A stretch of 64,000 nt of DNA from positions 27,840,001-27,904,000 of the forward strand of contig NW_024704743.1 of the NCBI RefSeq assembly GCF_018977255.1, read 5' to 3'. Shown here one piece after another: positions 25,246 through 38,785 of the stretch. The DNA comes from Callorhinchus milii (taxonomy: Eukaryota). The position numbers and the translations under genes are program-made. A model generated the notes under the pieces. It searched no databases and was not told where the DNA came from. It was given only the letters and a program-made list of their open reading frames with translations. The first letter of the stretch is position 1; every line of letters starts with the position of its first letter.

Positions 25246-27699
25246 ATTTAACTTACCAGTGGGGTGAAAAATATGACATTTCATGACAGATTTGCTATGA
25301 AATCTATTAAGCTTGTCTGAAGTCAGTGTGACCTCCAGCTGTGTTGGCTGACTGACATTGTTGATACTGAATGGGAGGATGATGTTTCATTGCCACTTTG
25401 CAGAACACTGGTCTAACTAAATCTAAGTCAGGCTAGTATTAGATAGTATTGATTAGCATACTAGCAGTGAGCCATTGGATATGCAATGTGTGAAAACACG
25501 ATTTGTGAAACTACGTGTGTGAAAATAACATGTATGAAAACATTGGCTTTTATGCCTTGGTGACATGTAGGTGGTAAAGTAAAAGCGGTCAGCAACAAGG
25601 ATCTCAGAGTCTATTTGAAACCAAGGCTTCAATACCCCGAGTGGCCCTTGACACCCGTCTCTCAGTGAAACCGTGATATGGGCAAAGAGTCACCTACTTG
25701 TTGCCATCTGTAAGCTGTAGCAGTGGTGCAGCCTCGTAGAGGGAAGTGGATATTGCCTTTCTCGAGCAGAGGGGCTTCTGTAGCAGCCAAGAGGAAACTA
25801 AGAAAGCTGGACTGAAACACAAAATGTATACCTATTTCAGTCTAAATCTTTTGGCGGATTGGCATGTTTCCTCTACCCTCTCCCGTATATATTACGTAGG
25901 GCTTTCTGTTCACACTGCGTCACTGATGAAATGCAGCCGCTGTCGGTGAAACAGACACAGCTGTCAGACACCCACATTTGCTCAAGGGCTTTTGGGAGAG
26001 AGTTCCATAGAACGGGGACATAGTGGTGGAAAGCTCACTGATGGCCATAAACACATACACGCCTCTTTCTTTATCTTCCATATTTCTATCCACTGTGGGG
26101 AGCAGTACTTTATATCTCATTGCCTGTACCTCATAGTCTGGAGTCACTTGCTACAGTCGTTCATCACATCTTTCTGGTTTTTGAGAGATTCTGCCAATCC
26201 CTAGTCTGTGCTGAGTTACCTGGTTTCGGCCCGGCCAACAGTAGGGGCGGAACAAGGATCTTGGCCAGGGAGTCCAAAAAAAACATTCCTCTGATAAAGT
26301 CTGTGCCTCTTTAAAGAGTTCACATGTTCACGCTAATGCTAGGTGAATTTTAAATTCCTCACTTCTAAGGGTATTTACCATTCTAAGCACAGAATAAAAC
26401 GTGTTTAGCAGCACAGCTTCAATCCTCCATGGGTAACATACATCTGCAGAGATCAGTTGAGGACAAGGTCAGGAGTGTGATCCTCCTTAATATCTGAACT
26501 GACAATTACATAACATAATAATAATAATAATCCTTACACTCCAAATAGCACCTTTCACGACAGGAGGACATCTTGAAGAGCTTCACATGATTCACTGTAA
26601 ATGTAGTGACTGTAATTTGTATTTGAACTCACACATGAAAAACATTTTGGTGCAAATTCCAATATCGAAATTTACACTTGAAAGAAACGTTCAAAGAAGT
26701 TTTCCAAAAAAAATCCTCTGACAAAGGCTGTGCCTCTTTAAAGAGTTGACATTTGCAGCAATTTTGTTCCTATTTTAAGAATGTGGCACGAAAACAAAAA
26801 CCTTGCAGTATATATTTTTTCAGCCAATTGAAGTGAAAAATAATACACTGTTATGGTATCATTTATCCTTTGAGGTGTATAATTCACTCAAGACGTATAC
26901 TGCTGCTTTGATAGGTTTAAAGTACAAACAGAAACATTTTCCTGGAAGGCTAGGGGGAGGGGAATATCTTCTGAATCAGCTATGGGGAGATCCCTTTACT
27001 CATTCTCGAGTGGAAAATGTTCTGCTTTTCACCAAATCCTCTAACACTTATCCTCGATTCTTGAATTCCTAAAAGTCCTCTCAATGAAAATTGCTGTGTA
27101 TGTCTTTAGCCTCTCGCTCATCCCTTGTCTGTCCCTTCACCACCCCCCTCTCCCCCACCCCCACACTCTCCCCCACCGCCTTCCACCCCTTGACTCTTGC
27201 AGAGACTGGCATTGAAGAGCAGTGTAAAATGGTTTTGCAACCAAGTCCTGCGGCTTCTGCTAACCATTAGCCCTGATTTTTTTTTAACCCCTGTGCTTAA
27301 GGGGGACGAAAGTTATTCTAAATTAATTATTGACAGGCTCCTATTTTTAATTGTCAACAGATTTTAGGATTTGCAGATTTCCCCCCCATTTTGTCAGAGA
27401 ATCAAGTCGAGCTGACCTTGGCTTTTTAAAGAGTGACTACAATGTGGAAGCAAAGAACTTACCCAACAATTACTGTTATGTTGTACAGCTCCTTCATTTT
27501 CTGTTGGTCTTTGTGGAAAATGCTTCCTAGAGATCAATTGGTAAAGCCACAGCTAAATGTAAACCACTGAGCCCTGCAAACTAAAACCATCCCAGAAATT
27601 GTTCCCTGGTCAGTTTTTAGACCTACTGCCCTTGCAGTACTACAATTGTTGACTCCTGAATACTATCCTGTGCCAGATCTTCTATCCTCTCTTTTATAA

Positions 27700-27971
27700 A
27701 CCTTGCATTTCATCTAGTACCTTACCATGCATTCAAAATTTATCAAAGCTCTTCAAAGGATTTACTTTAATGTGTAGTGACTGTGTATTTTGTAGGTGAA
27801 AGTGGCAGCCAATTTTGCACACAGGAATTTTTAACAAAGTGTCATGAAGCGAATATCTGATTTTGTCCAGGATACCAGAAACAAACTCCCTTCTCTTTTT
27901 GAGTCATGCCATGGAATCTTTAACGTTCACCTGAACAGACAGATAGGACCTCTGTTTAATGTCTCATCCAA
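27700..27971 (-). mobile_element. SacSINE1-like SINE 3' part
   Basis: Reverse Deu-domain motifs (CCATGGAATCTTTAACGTTCACCTGA; TTTAATGTCTCATCC). Confidence 0.8.
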
Positions 27972-28787
27972 TATATATCAACATTGAACGAGGACAGAAT
28001 GGGGTTTAGCTGTGGAGCTTGTTTCTCTGCTCGTCACATATCCATTGAATGATGTGACATACCTCAAAACACTTCACAAAAAAGATAGGGGAAATCACTG
28101 ATCAGGAAGGAAATGAGAGAGAGTTTAAGGCTGTTAACAAAAGACACAGGTCAAAGAGATGCACTTTTAAGGAGGTTTTGATGGCAGGGAGAGAAAGCAT
28201 AAGGTGAAGGGATATGGGTGGAGGGGGATGTTAGTGGATGAGGTGAGGGATGCTACTCCATGACAGTTTCACGGGAGCATCTACAGAATTGGATTGTTCT
28301 ACTGTGTGCCTATTATCACACATATATAAAATTAACAACAACTTGCATTTATATAGAGGCAGCACCTCGGAGTGCTAATAGATAAGAAAATAAGATCTTA
28401 AGAATTGCTAGACAGAAGAAAACCAAGGTCCATCCAGTTCGCTTTCCACCATCCTGGCAGTCACTTACACATATCATGTCCCAAAATATATACTGTATCC
28501 CAAGATATTTCCCCCAAAAATGGGTACAGACACACACACATACACAGGCAGAGGCATGTAAACGGATAGACTTTCTTGAATGCATGGAATGCTTCAAGCT
28601 AAAGTGAAAATATAACAAATGGTTGTGTCTGCAGTGATAGAACAGAAACAGAAAATTCTAGAAATGTATGGCAGGTAGATTAGAATCGGAAAGAGAGAGA
28701 TAGGATAATGCCTCAGGTGTTTGACTCTCACAATAGGTTATGAATAGGATAGGTGTTTGCGAGGTGGAGTGGATTTATTTTTGATGT

Positions 28788-29180
28788 AAAAACTAACCGG
28801 GATGAACATCAACCAGCAAAAGTGACATCGAAAAACAACCTCACAATACTCTAGGACTCACAAGGACATATAGATAGAACACTAATCTCTAACAAACCAG
28901 ATATTATCATGAAGAACCAAATAGATTGTACATGTAGTATTATTATTGATGTGGCTATTCCAAGTCATCACAACTTAAGGAATAAAATTCTAGAGAAGAT
29001 CAAGAAATATATTGATCTACAAATTGAATGCGGATGTATGTGGCCGTATAAAACAAACATAGTTCCTATAATCATTGGTGCAACTGAACTGTTAATAAGA
29101 CTATTCAGAAATGGCTTGACAAAATATGTGGTGAACAAAATATCAACCTCCTGCAAAAAGTAGCTGTTTTAGGAAGTAAT
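28788..29180 (+). mobile_element. Relic of a restriction-like-endonuclease non-LTR retrotransposon (R4/Dong-like), C-terminal RLE domain
   Basis: Conceptual translation EHQPAKV..TIL*D..DRTLISNKPDII...IIIDVAIP..HNL..KILEKIKKYIDLQIE...W....VPIIIGAT...LQKVAVLGS; PD..D catalytic motif and K..KY motif typical of RLE elements. Confidence 0.85.
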
Positions 29181-29239
29181 ATACATTCATATGTAACGTG
29201 GCAGTGTTATTGGTCTGGCTGACCCATCATTGAAAATCA

Positions 29240-29660
29240 CTTAGAATCATAAAATTATAGAATCGTAAGGCACAAAAAGAGGCCATTCAGCCCATCGAGT
29301 TTGAGCCGGCTCTTTGAAAAGAGCAATGCAATGTCAATCCCACTCCCCAGCCCTTTCCCCATAATCCTGCAAACCCATCCTCCTCAAATACCCGTCCACC
29401 ACGTTTTTAAAAGTTGTTATCGAATCGGCCTCGACCACCCTTTCAGGCAATGCGTTCCAGATTCGAACAACTCGCTGCGTGAAAAAATTTCTTCTCACCT
29501 CCCCTCTGCTTCTTTTAGATACTATTTTAAATCTGTGACCTCGAGTAACCCACGAGTGGAAACAGTTTTTCCCTTTCTAACCTATCAAATCCCCTCATGA
29601 TTTTGAAGACCTCTATTAGGTCTCCTCGTAACGTTCTCTGCTCCAATGAGAATAATCCAA
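29240..29660 (-). mobile_element. CR1 3' fragment
   Basis: Minus ORF contains GLFSLEQRTLRGDLIEVFKIMRGFDR; AGAATCAT-type tail at 29243. Confidence 0.92.
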
Positions 29661-30719
29661 TAATAGAAACTACTTCTGCAGAGTGATTTAAACTGTAATA
29701 GCATAATAATAATAATCCTTGCATTTGATATAACACCTTATCAGGTCATTCAGACATCTCAACGCTCTTTAACGCCTCCACAGCTTTCTGGGGTGGAGCT
29801 TTCCTCAACTTTCTGCGTGAAGAAATGTTTCCTGACCTCAGTTCTAACTGTCTTCGTTCTGAATTCTATCTTGGTTTAAGGCAAGAATTGTTCACTATGT
29901 AACCTTCACCTGCTGTATGCTTGCTTGTCTGCTTGGCTCAGGTGCTTGTATGCCTGCGTTCGGGAAATGGCAACAACAACAATTTTCATTTATACTGCGC
30001 TCCTCATGGAGGGTAGCGTCCCAGAGCGCTTGAGTTGTGGCTTGGGCTGTATGTTGCTATCCAAAGGGAATCAGGGATTTTTGCATTATCTCCAGAGCTG
30101 ACTGACAGGTCACAAGGTGAACAAATGTTACTCAGCAATTAAAGGGAACCTTTTTTTAATTATAGAATTTAAGTTTACTAAGGGGAAGTACTTTAAAATT
30201 AAACCAAGAAAATTCTGGGGTCATTCAAGTTTAATTACAGTTTATTTATACATAATAAAGGAAAATAACAGCAGTGCCCTGAATCTGGGTAAACAGTGTT
30301 CTGGATCAATCTTATTCAACTGCAGCTGAAGGTTAAGGCCAACAATAGAGTTACCTTTAACCTTCTTGTTGCAAGTCCAAGACTCCAAATTACCCATACG
30401 CTAATTTCAAGAATGATGCTACATGATGCCGTTTGATTCTCCTGCTGTTTACTGTATTTCTATAACAACTGCCTTTCCGTGGAATATTGTGTTTTTATTT
30501 GCAGGCATGTTTGTGTGCAGTTTCACTGGTGAGAAGCAATCTAAGATTACAACACCTATTGCACCTCACAGGATTGAATTCTTGGGTTGTTAAGATGAGC
30601 TCCAATCACACAATATAGCAAAATAATACATTGCTGGATTATGTGATGTGTGAGAGCAAAATACTTTTGTGCAAGTAATGTCCATATAAAGTAATGGATG
30701 GAGGCGGGAAGAATTGTTC

Positions 30720-31016
30720 GAGGAATCCATTACAAGGAGGCATAACCTTAAAATCAGAGCCAGGACAACTGAGGTTAAGAAGCATTTCTTCACACAGAGA
30801 ATTGCGAAGATGTGGAACACTTTGTCCCAGAAAGCCATACAAACTGAGTCAAGAGGAATGTTTCAAAAAGAGACAGGCATAATACTTGTGTAATGGAGAT
30901 TTTAAGCGATATGATGCAGTGCAATGGGATTAAAAGATTAAAAGATCTGGTAAATTGGTGGAACAGGCTTGATGGGCTAAATGGCCTTCTCCCATTCCTC
31001 TTTCCCTAAGTTCCTA
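30720..31016 (+). mobile_element. Degraded CR1 3' end
   Basis: GAAGCATTTCTTCACACAGAGA and GATGGGCTAAATGGCCTTCT motifs. Confidence 0.75.
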
Positions 31017-31405
31017 TGTGGGGTGTACATAGCACTTGCCTTTTAGGAAGAGAGGAACAAAGAGGATATTTTAGATATGACTTTCTTTTTACAAGAAAAA
31101 TGCATTTTTAATGCACCTTATCTCATTGAAATGTATCTAACCTCTTGATACATGATTACTGCTGAGCGTATGCACTGTTTTCATAGGCAAACACAGCAGC
31201 CATTTGAGCCAAAGCAATCATGGGGAGAATGACCATTAATTTCCATCAAACAGTGAAAAATGGCAAAACATGAAACAAATAGATCACATTTTCTTAGTCT
31301 ATTTTCTTCCTCCAATTTTCTCCCCTTCATTCCTCTTGAACTTGTTTTAATTCCTTTTGTTCTAGCAGGGTATGGTGTACAAGTGCCGGTAAAGGTTGGG
31401 GTATT

Positions 31406-31725
31406 ATAATAATAATAATAATTCTTGCATTTGATATAGCGCTTTTCACGTCGGGAGGACGTCCCAAAGCACTTCACAGAACACACTGTAAAGTGAATTG
31501 ACTGCATATTTGTGGGCGAACGCGGCAGCCAATTGCGCACAGCAATGTCCCACAAACAGTCGTAGATTGAAAATGGCCAATTTATTATTGTTTTTGGTTT
31601 TGGAGGGATTATTATTAGGCGTGTGGAGTAAGGAAACTTGTCCAAGGTTTCGCCCTGCCTCGAATTGAATTCAGGTCTCTCGCTTGCAAAGCGAGTGATC
31701 GAACCACTGAGCTACAGGACTCCAC
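31406..31725 (-). mobile_element. tRNA(Ala)-derived SINE, short variant, full length, young
   Basis: Very close to the 10207-10526 copy; ends GAGCTACAGGACTCCAC. Confidence 0.95.
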
Positions 31726-32889
31726 AATCATCTGCAGGGATCAGCAGACCCATGGCTGATCCTACCTTCATCCTGAATCTAGAGACACACATCTTCCAAC
31801 AATTATAGTGTCAATTATAGTGTCTCCACGTCTACCTTAGCTGAGATGAATCATTTGGCTGGTTCATTGCTACACCTGGTAGTCCACAATAATGCATTTT
31901 TAAGACTTGTTCATACCAATTCCGCCTCCCTTATGGAAGCCAAGTTGGCACCTGAACATTTTTATTACGCAAATATTGTGTCACAAAACAAACTCAAGGA
32001 AAATAGAAGTTCAACCGCAAAATCTATATTTTATTTAAAGATATCCATTTGTTGCACTAAACATAGTATTATTTTGGTAGTCTGTGCAAGGGACTGTAAT
32101 TACAATGTATAAGAAGGCAATTTGGCGAGATGAATCGTATATTTTAGAGGAAAAGAATTGTTAATTTTCTTCACCAGAGGGGTACTTTGTGACTGAAAAG
32201 CCACACTTTATTTTGCACAATAAGGCTTGCATTAAATCGGGGACAATTAAAATGCTTCCTATAGAAAAAATATGGCATGAAGGCTTGACCCTGTTTAACG
32301 TGGTCAGCAGTATATGAAGCACCAATAATACATCTGTTCCAGTGGCTCAGTACAGAACCCTTGGATACTTATTCTGTGTCTGATGTGGAAAATGAATTCC
32401 AGCTCCCACACATGCAGAATAGAGCAAGGCTTACGAGAGACAAGCAGTGCATTGTGATCTATGTAAACTATAATTTGCTTGGCATCTGAGCTGAGTGGGA
32501 ACCAAGGGGGAAGGGAGAGGAAAGATCAGAAAGTTCGGTCAAAGAGGTAGGTCTTGATATGAACCTTGAGTGCGAGGAGGGAACTGGTGAACACTGTTAG
32601 GGCTGAACATTTTCACTGCTGTATTCAATGACCAATAATACTCGACTCACCCAATGCAACGGAATCGGGAGGGAGGCATCACATCTGTGAACCGGATGCT
32701 GGATCAAGTTATCAGCTGGTCACATTTTTCACCAAAGAGTTAATTAAAACATCGCTGGATACAATTTTCATTGTGGAATTTAAGTTAATTTGACTCGGTT
32801 GATAGCAAGTCCACCATGGGTCAGAAGCTTGCCAGTGTTCTGAGATGCTACCCTGCTGAAAGGTGTTATATAAATGCAGGTTGCTGTTT

Positions 32890-33160
32890 TCACTAAAGTT
32901 TATTTTGTAGGCAGACACGGGAGCCAATTTGCACACAACAATGCTCCACAAACACTTATGAAGTGTTTTTTAACTGGATGATTGCCGGCAAAGACACTGG
33001 GAGAAACTTCCCTTCTCTTTTCACTAATGTTATGGGATTTTTAACATTCAATTGAACAGGGAACTTTGGTTTAACATCTCATCCAAAAGACGGCACTTCA
33101 ACACTGCAGTGCTCCCTCAGCACTGTTTGGGAGTGTTGGTCTAGACTGAGCTCTCAAAGT
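32890..33160 (-). mobile_element. SacSINE1-like SINE
   Basis: Reverse Deu motifs (GTTTAACATCTCATCCAAAAGACGGCAC; GCAGTGCTCCCTCAGCACTG). Confidence 0.8.
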
Positions 33161-35004
33161 ACTGACTTAGGAACTGGATTCCTGGGTCCAATTCCAATCG
33201 GAAGCTTCTCCACGCTCATCCTTCTGACTTTCAAATCAGTTTGCGGGGTTTGAAGTTTCCAACAGTAATTGATGCCAATGTTAAATGAAGCCACTGTCTT
33301 GAAGTCAGAGAAGATTGAAATGGTGGTCAATAAGGATCAAATTTATGTGCTTTACAGATAGCGATTAACCTTGCTCATGAGGAATGGAATCACAGATGTT
33401 CAGGGCAGGGTTAATACAACAAACTTTGAACCTACTCATTTTTTTTCTTGCACTGAGTCCAAAATTAACAAACAAAACTACAGAGCTGCATCGTTTGTTT
33501 CTACTGGAGACTTTGACTGACTGTCATAGGTCACTTATCACTTTAAAAGCCTCCAGATATTATATAGGTCCTCAGCTGAAACTAGTAAGTGATCAACAGG
33601 GATTCAGACACCCTTGACATAGATTGCAGCATAACCCCAAAGCAGAGGGACTGGATAGTGGTCAGGAACAGGAAACCTGTTGAAAACACTTAACTCAGGA
33701 AAGCCCAGGATCTGAACCTTCTTATTTGTGTGGCTCAGTGCTGCACCGGGAAGCTGTTTCCTATCCTTCCAAAAGAAAAAACACATATATTTCCAGAAAG
33801 TACATTGACAAAGTTATCTTGATAAAGGATTGCCCTTTTGTAACTCATGTGACTATCTGCCTCCGTACCACCATTCAATATATGTATTGTGTTTTCACTT
33901 GTCAGAAATGGAGTGTGCATTCTCTCCCCAAAGGAATGCATCTTGTTAACCTAATCCTGGAGAGTTTAGGGACAGGTTGGCAAGAGCTAAGATTTGGGAA
34001 ATCCATAGTATGCATTGGGGGTAGTGCTATAATAATAATAATCCTTGCATTTGATATAGCGCCTTATCACATCGTTGAGCTGTCTCAAAGCACTTCACAG
34101 AATATAATGTAAAGTGAAATGACTGTATAAAACTGCAGCTTTCGATTACAAATATTGGCAAGCTATTTGCCAGCTAGAACCTTTCTACCCATTAGGATTT
34201 GGGCTTGGAAGATGAACAGGAGGCAAGTGGAAAGAATCCCAAGTCCCAGTGACTGGTTTGCTCCTCTAAGCCTTGCAAAAATGGAGGCTGCCTGGTCTGA
34301 CATCAGCAGTGCCTTGGAGAACTGTGGATCAGCCTGGCTCAGGAACTGGACTACCGAGGTCACCGTAGGAAATGATCTTGACAGTATTAGGATATCAGCT
34401 GATCATAAAAAATACTTTACTTTGCCATCAAGATACTAAAGTAAAAATATATACAGTGTAATGCAGTCAAATAAAAGCAGAATTAATGATAAATATGTGT
34501 AATATGCTCATTGAATCCTGCTGCCATAGTTCCTGTGCATACGTGCAACAAATTCTAACCTGCAGGTTAAACAGCAGATGCCTTAAGGATACGCACATGC
34601 ACAATAAAAAAAACTTGCCGCACAATTGTGGGTACTGTAGAAAAATTATTACATTGCAGAAAGCTTTAGAGCCCTGAACTGAGCAAATCAACTTACCATG
34701 TATGTAGAAGCAGCTGGAAGTTTCAGTATGTGCAGGTCTTTTGTTCAGTAATTAACCACTGCTGCCTCTTTCAGTACAGTGGGCTTTTGCTGCCGGGAAT
34801 ATCTGAGCAACATAATTGTAATAAGATGTTGCATGGTAAATAAAGTCGAAATGACTAGGAGCAAAGCCCAGGATTGCAAAGTAGTTGAGTTGGTAAAATG
34901 TCCTTTTAATATGCTTTATATTTGTCACGTTACATCATGAAGGATTTCAAAGATACAATTACATGGACCGTTAAACAACCCTGGAAATAATCTAAATATT
35001 ACAA

Positions 35005-35540
35005 TATAATAATGTGATCACTCAGTCCACGATTGTGTGTAGGACACTGCTGTGTGCAATTGGCTGCTGGGTTTCTCACACAAAACACACAGTCACTGCG
35101 CTTTACAGTATATTCTGTGAAGCAGCGCTTTGAGAAGTCTTGACGTTGTGATAAGGTGCTGTATCAAATGCAAGGATTATTATTATGTCAAGAATTGACA
35201 TTGTCTCGGTTGACACTCGAACTCAGTGCTGTGGAAGTGCTGCATTGTTGAAGGTGCCGTGTTTGGGATTGGATGTTAAACTGAGGTCCAGGCTACCTAT
35301 TCAAGTAGACTTTAATGGTACTGTATGAAAAGAGAAGGCAGTTTCTCCTGGTGTCAAGGCCAACAATCTCCCAATTAAAATTGGTCATTCAATTCATGGC
35401 TGTTTGTGGAACATCAATGTATAGGGTCACCTCGAAAATACAGTCACTACATTTTTTAGTAAATCTTGTGAAGTGTGTTGAGGCACTTTCTTCCTGATCT
35501 GAAATGTGCTGTATCAAATGTAAGGATTATTGTTATTATT
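35005..35540 (+). mobile_element. Adjacent SINE fragments (young SINE 3' half 35005-35185; SacSINE1-like 35205-35540)
   Basis: Shared Deu body and tail motifs. Confidence 0.8.
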
Positions 35541-37265
35541 GTAGTATTATTTAAGATAAATTACTGCTTTTAATACCACTTTTATCCTTTGTCCGTGCAT
35601 TATGGGCTGCAATGGCAAAGTGGGAGGCATTGATGGTTCAGTGATACATTTTGACCCTGCCTCTTTTTCACTCCTGGAGTTTGTGTCTGCACTTTCGAAG
35701 TTGAAGGGCATTCGGGACGTGATGACATGTATTTTGGGTGATGACATCAGATGCGTGATGTACAAGCAAAGAGATTAGAATATTGTTTTCGTAATTGGCG
35801 CTGATACAATAACAGTCTCTGAGCCAGGAACTTAATGTTGAGAACTCATAGTCTTTCTCCTGGTTTGGCTGCTCAGAAACTGTTTGCTGTCAGTACGGTG
35901 ATAACACTCACACAAGAGGAGTAAAACTCGTGACATCGCTACTGTTAGTGTGTATCATAAACAAATGAAGAAAGGTTGATATCCATCACATATCGTGCAT
36001 TTTTAAATGTTATCTTTCCAGTTGTTTATGAATCTCAGGATTATTCTGCAAAATACAGATTACAGTCCTGTGCATGAATCTGACTGTGTTTCTTATCGCC
36101 ACAGACATGTAAAGCCCCAGGTTCATTCTTTCCAGTCCAGACAGGTTCCTTTGGAAACACTTTTGGAAAGAGCCCATCAACAAAGATAAAAACACGCAGC
36201 AGCTCATCCACCACCTGAAAGGTGCAGCTGATGTGCTGGATGCTTCTCGCCCCCAGTCACTGCGGTTATGGTGGGCGCAATGGCCTTGGCACAAAGTGTC
36301 AAACATTCTTGATATGACTTGTCAAACTATCCCTCTCCTCCCTTGTGGAATGTTGTTTGCTTGTGCAAGGATTTCTGGTACAAGCAGGCAGGCAGGTCAC
36401 TGTCGCCAGCAGCCACTGAAGAATGCAAATATACAGTCCACAGATATACAGTCAATTCACTTTACAGCATATTCTGTGAAGCGCTTTGAGACGTCTAGAT
36501 GATGTGAAAAGCGCTATCTCAAATGCAAGGATTATTATTATTATTATATACCTGCTGAGATATGCTCTCATTCTTATAGATGTGCCCAATGCATTGTGGC
36601 CTAAAACAGATTGATTTCGAACAGGCTTGTTTTGTGATGACTCGGAGTCACAAATTGGAACCCCGTCTGGTGACCGGAAGTCTGCCATGCACACACCTGG
36701 AAACCTTGCTCTGGAAGTGGATTTTGCGGAGCGGAGTTCCCGTGGGTTGGGGTGATGTACTTACAGGTTTTTGGAAGGAATACGTATTTATGATTTGAAG
36801 TCCTTATTGAGGAATCTTGTTAAAGATCCTATTGTTCCCCTGAAAGTGCATATGTCGTATTGTAACTGAAGGTGTCTGAAATTACAGTCCACTCAACATG
36901 GTGCCGGTCAACGATATCTTCCTGCTTTAAAACCACTATAACCTTCCCTTTTTCAGTCCTGTGGCATTGAGCAGAGTCATGCTGCGTCCCAGTTCAGTGG
37001 AGGAACAATAAGCTGTTCCCTCAGCCGGTCTCGAATATCAGTAACACAAGGCTGAAGCATGTTGCTTTCCCGACAGCCTTTGTGTGGGGAGAGGAATCTC
37101 GAGGTGGGGGAGAAAAATACATCAAAACCAGTAGTAAATAATCTCCTTGAGACTTTCAAATCCTTGCAAGTTGCTTACAAATGGGATACGCATCGAAAGC
37201 CACTTATTTGGTTGTGTTTCACAATTGTTTTGCCCACAGTCGATCCACTTTACAATATATCACTT

Positions 37266-37415
37266 AATAATAATAATAATCCTTACATTTGATATAGAGC
37301 CTTATCCCATCTTCGAGATGCCTCAAAGCGCTTCACAGAATGCACTGTAAAGTGAATTGATTTTGTGGGTGAAACGAGGCAACCAATTGCAGACATCAGT
37401 GCCCCACAAACAGTA
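37266..37415 (-). mobile_element. SINE 3' half (similar fragments at 34028-34128, 36443-36547, 38056-38218, 39117-39300, 50129-50235, 54958-55082, 59572-59675)
   Basis: Shared ATCCTTGCATTTGATATAGC-type tail and body. Confidence 0.85.
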
Positions 37416-38459
37416 GTTCTAGTTGGTAAGCATGCCCCCTACCCCACCACGCACCACACTTCCTCCTCCAGCGGTGAAGTATTGCGCCCACTATGTTAGC
37501 AGACGGTAACCCAGCAAACAGCCATCCATGCCTGAGAACTGTGAGCCTTTGCAGTTGGGTCACTTTGTGACCAGCCTGTCTGTATTTTTCTTCCTGAAGT
37601 GGCTTCCAGCGATTGTTAAAGCCTCACAACAGTGTGTGACCCATGCCTTCTGCTGTCACAAACCAGACGGTTCTGGAGACCACCAACGCTGAAGAGACGG
37701 TTGCCGAAGGAAAACTCCTCAGAGTTTAGAGCTTAAAACACTTGTGCATGTGCAGTGCTGTCATCAGTTCAGCAAAGTCCATAAGAACATGAAGATTTAC
37801 TGTCTGAATCGCCTTTTAAAATGTGAAATAGGATTCATTATATCCTCTGATAAAAGTTTCAAACTGTGTGTCGCCTGAGGCTGAATTATCTCCTAACTAG
37901 GATCTCAATGTCTCTGAACAAACAGCTGCTTGAGCATCAGTGATGTAGGAATCCTTTAATAAAAAGTTTGGGGCTGCTGGACATTTGTTGGACCTTTATC
38001 CATACGAGGGCTTTGCTGGACCAGGTGGAGATGTGTCGGTTTGGGAAATTTAAATATAATACTAATCCTTGCATTTGATATAGCGCCTTATCACATCGCT
38101 GAAATGTTTCAAAGCACTTCACAGAATATGCTGTAAAGTGAATTGACCGTATATTTTGTGGGCAAAACGCAGCAGCCAATTGCGCACAGCAGTGTCCCAC
38201 AAACACTCGTGGATTGAATATGGACAGTCAGTGTCATCATTCAGCACTAACTGGATACAGAGGGTGGGGAGAATGTGGAATTCAATCCTGGAAACTATGG
38301 TCGAAGCAAAAAGTATCAATGTATTTAACTTATATAGAGAGTATAGGAGAGGAAAATAAGAAGGGTATGTGCTTGTTGGAGTATATCACCAACGCAGATT
38401 AGCTGAGCTGAATATCTGTTTTCATGCCATAACACTCTATGTAACTCTGCATCTACAGC

Positions 38460-38785
38460 ATTGAGAGGGGTTTTGATAGAGTAGATAGGGAGAAACTGTT
38501 TCCACTGGCAAATGGGTCATTAATCAGGGGCAGAGATTCAAGATAATTACAAAAGAACCAGAGGGAAGTTATTACGGTCTGGAATCCACTGCCTGAAAGG
38601 GTCGTGGAAACAGATTCAATGACAACTTCCAAAAGGGAATTGGATAGGTACGTGAAGAGGAATGATTTGCAAGGATATGGGGAAAGAGCAGAGAAGTGGG
38701 ATTGATTGGGTAGCTTTTCCAAAGAGCCGGCACAGGCACGATGGGCTGAATGGCCTCCTTCTGTGCTGTAATATTCTATGATTCT
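38460..38785 (+). mobile_element. CR1 3' end
   Basis: Matches 8630-8985; ends GGGCTGAATGGCCTCCTTCTGTGCTGTAATATTCTATGATTCT. Confidence 0.92.

Noticed and set aside
36623..36755. Coding-looking GC-richer patch
   Set aside because: Poor acceptor, no convincing donor, no recognisable homology
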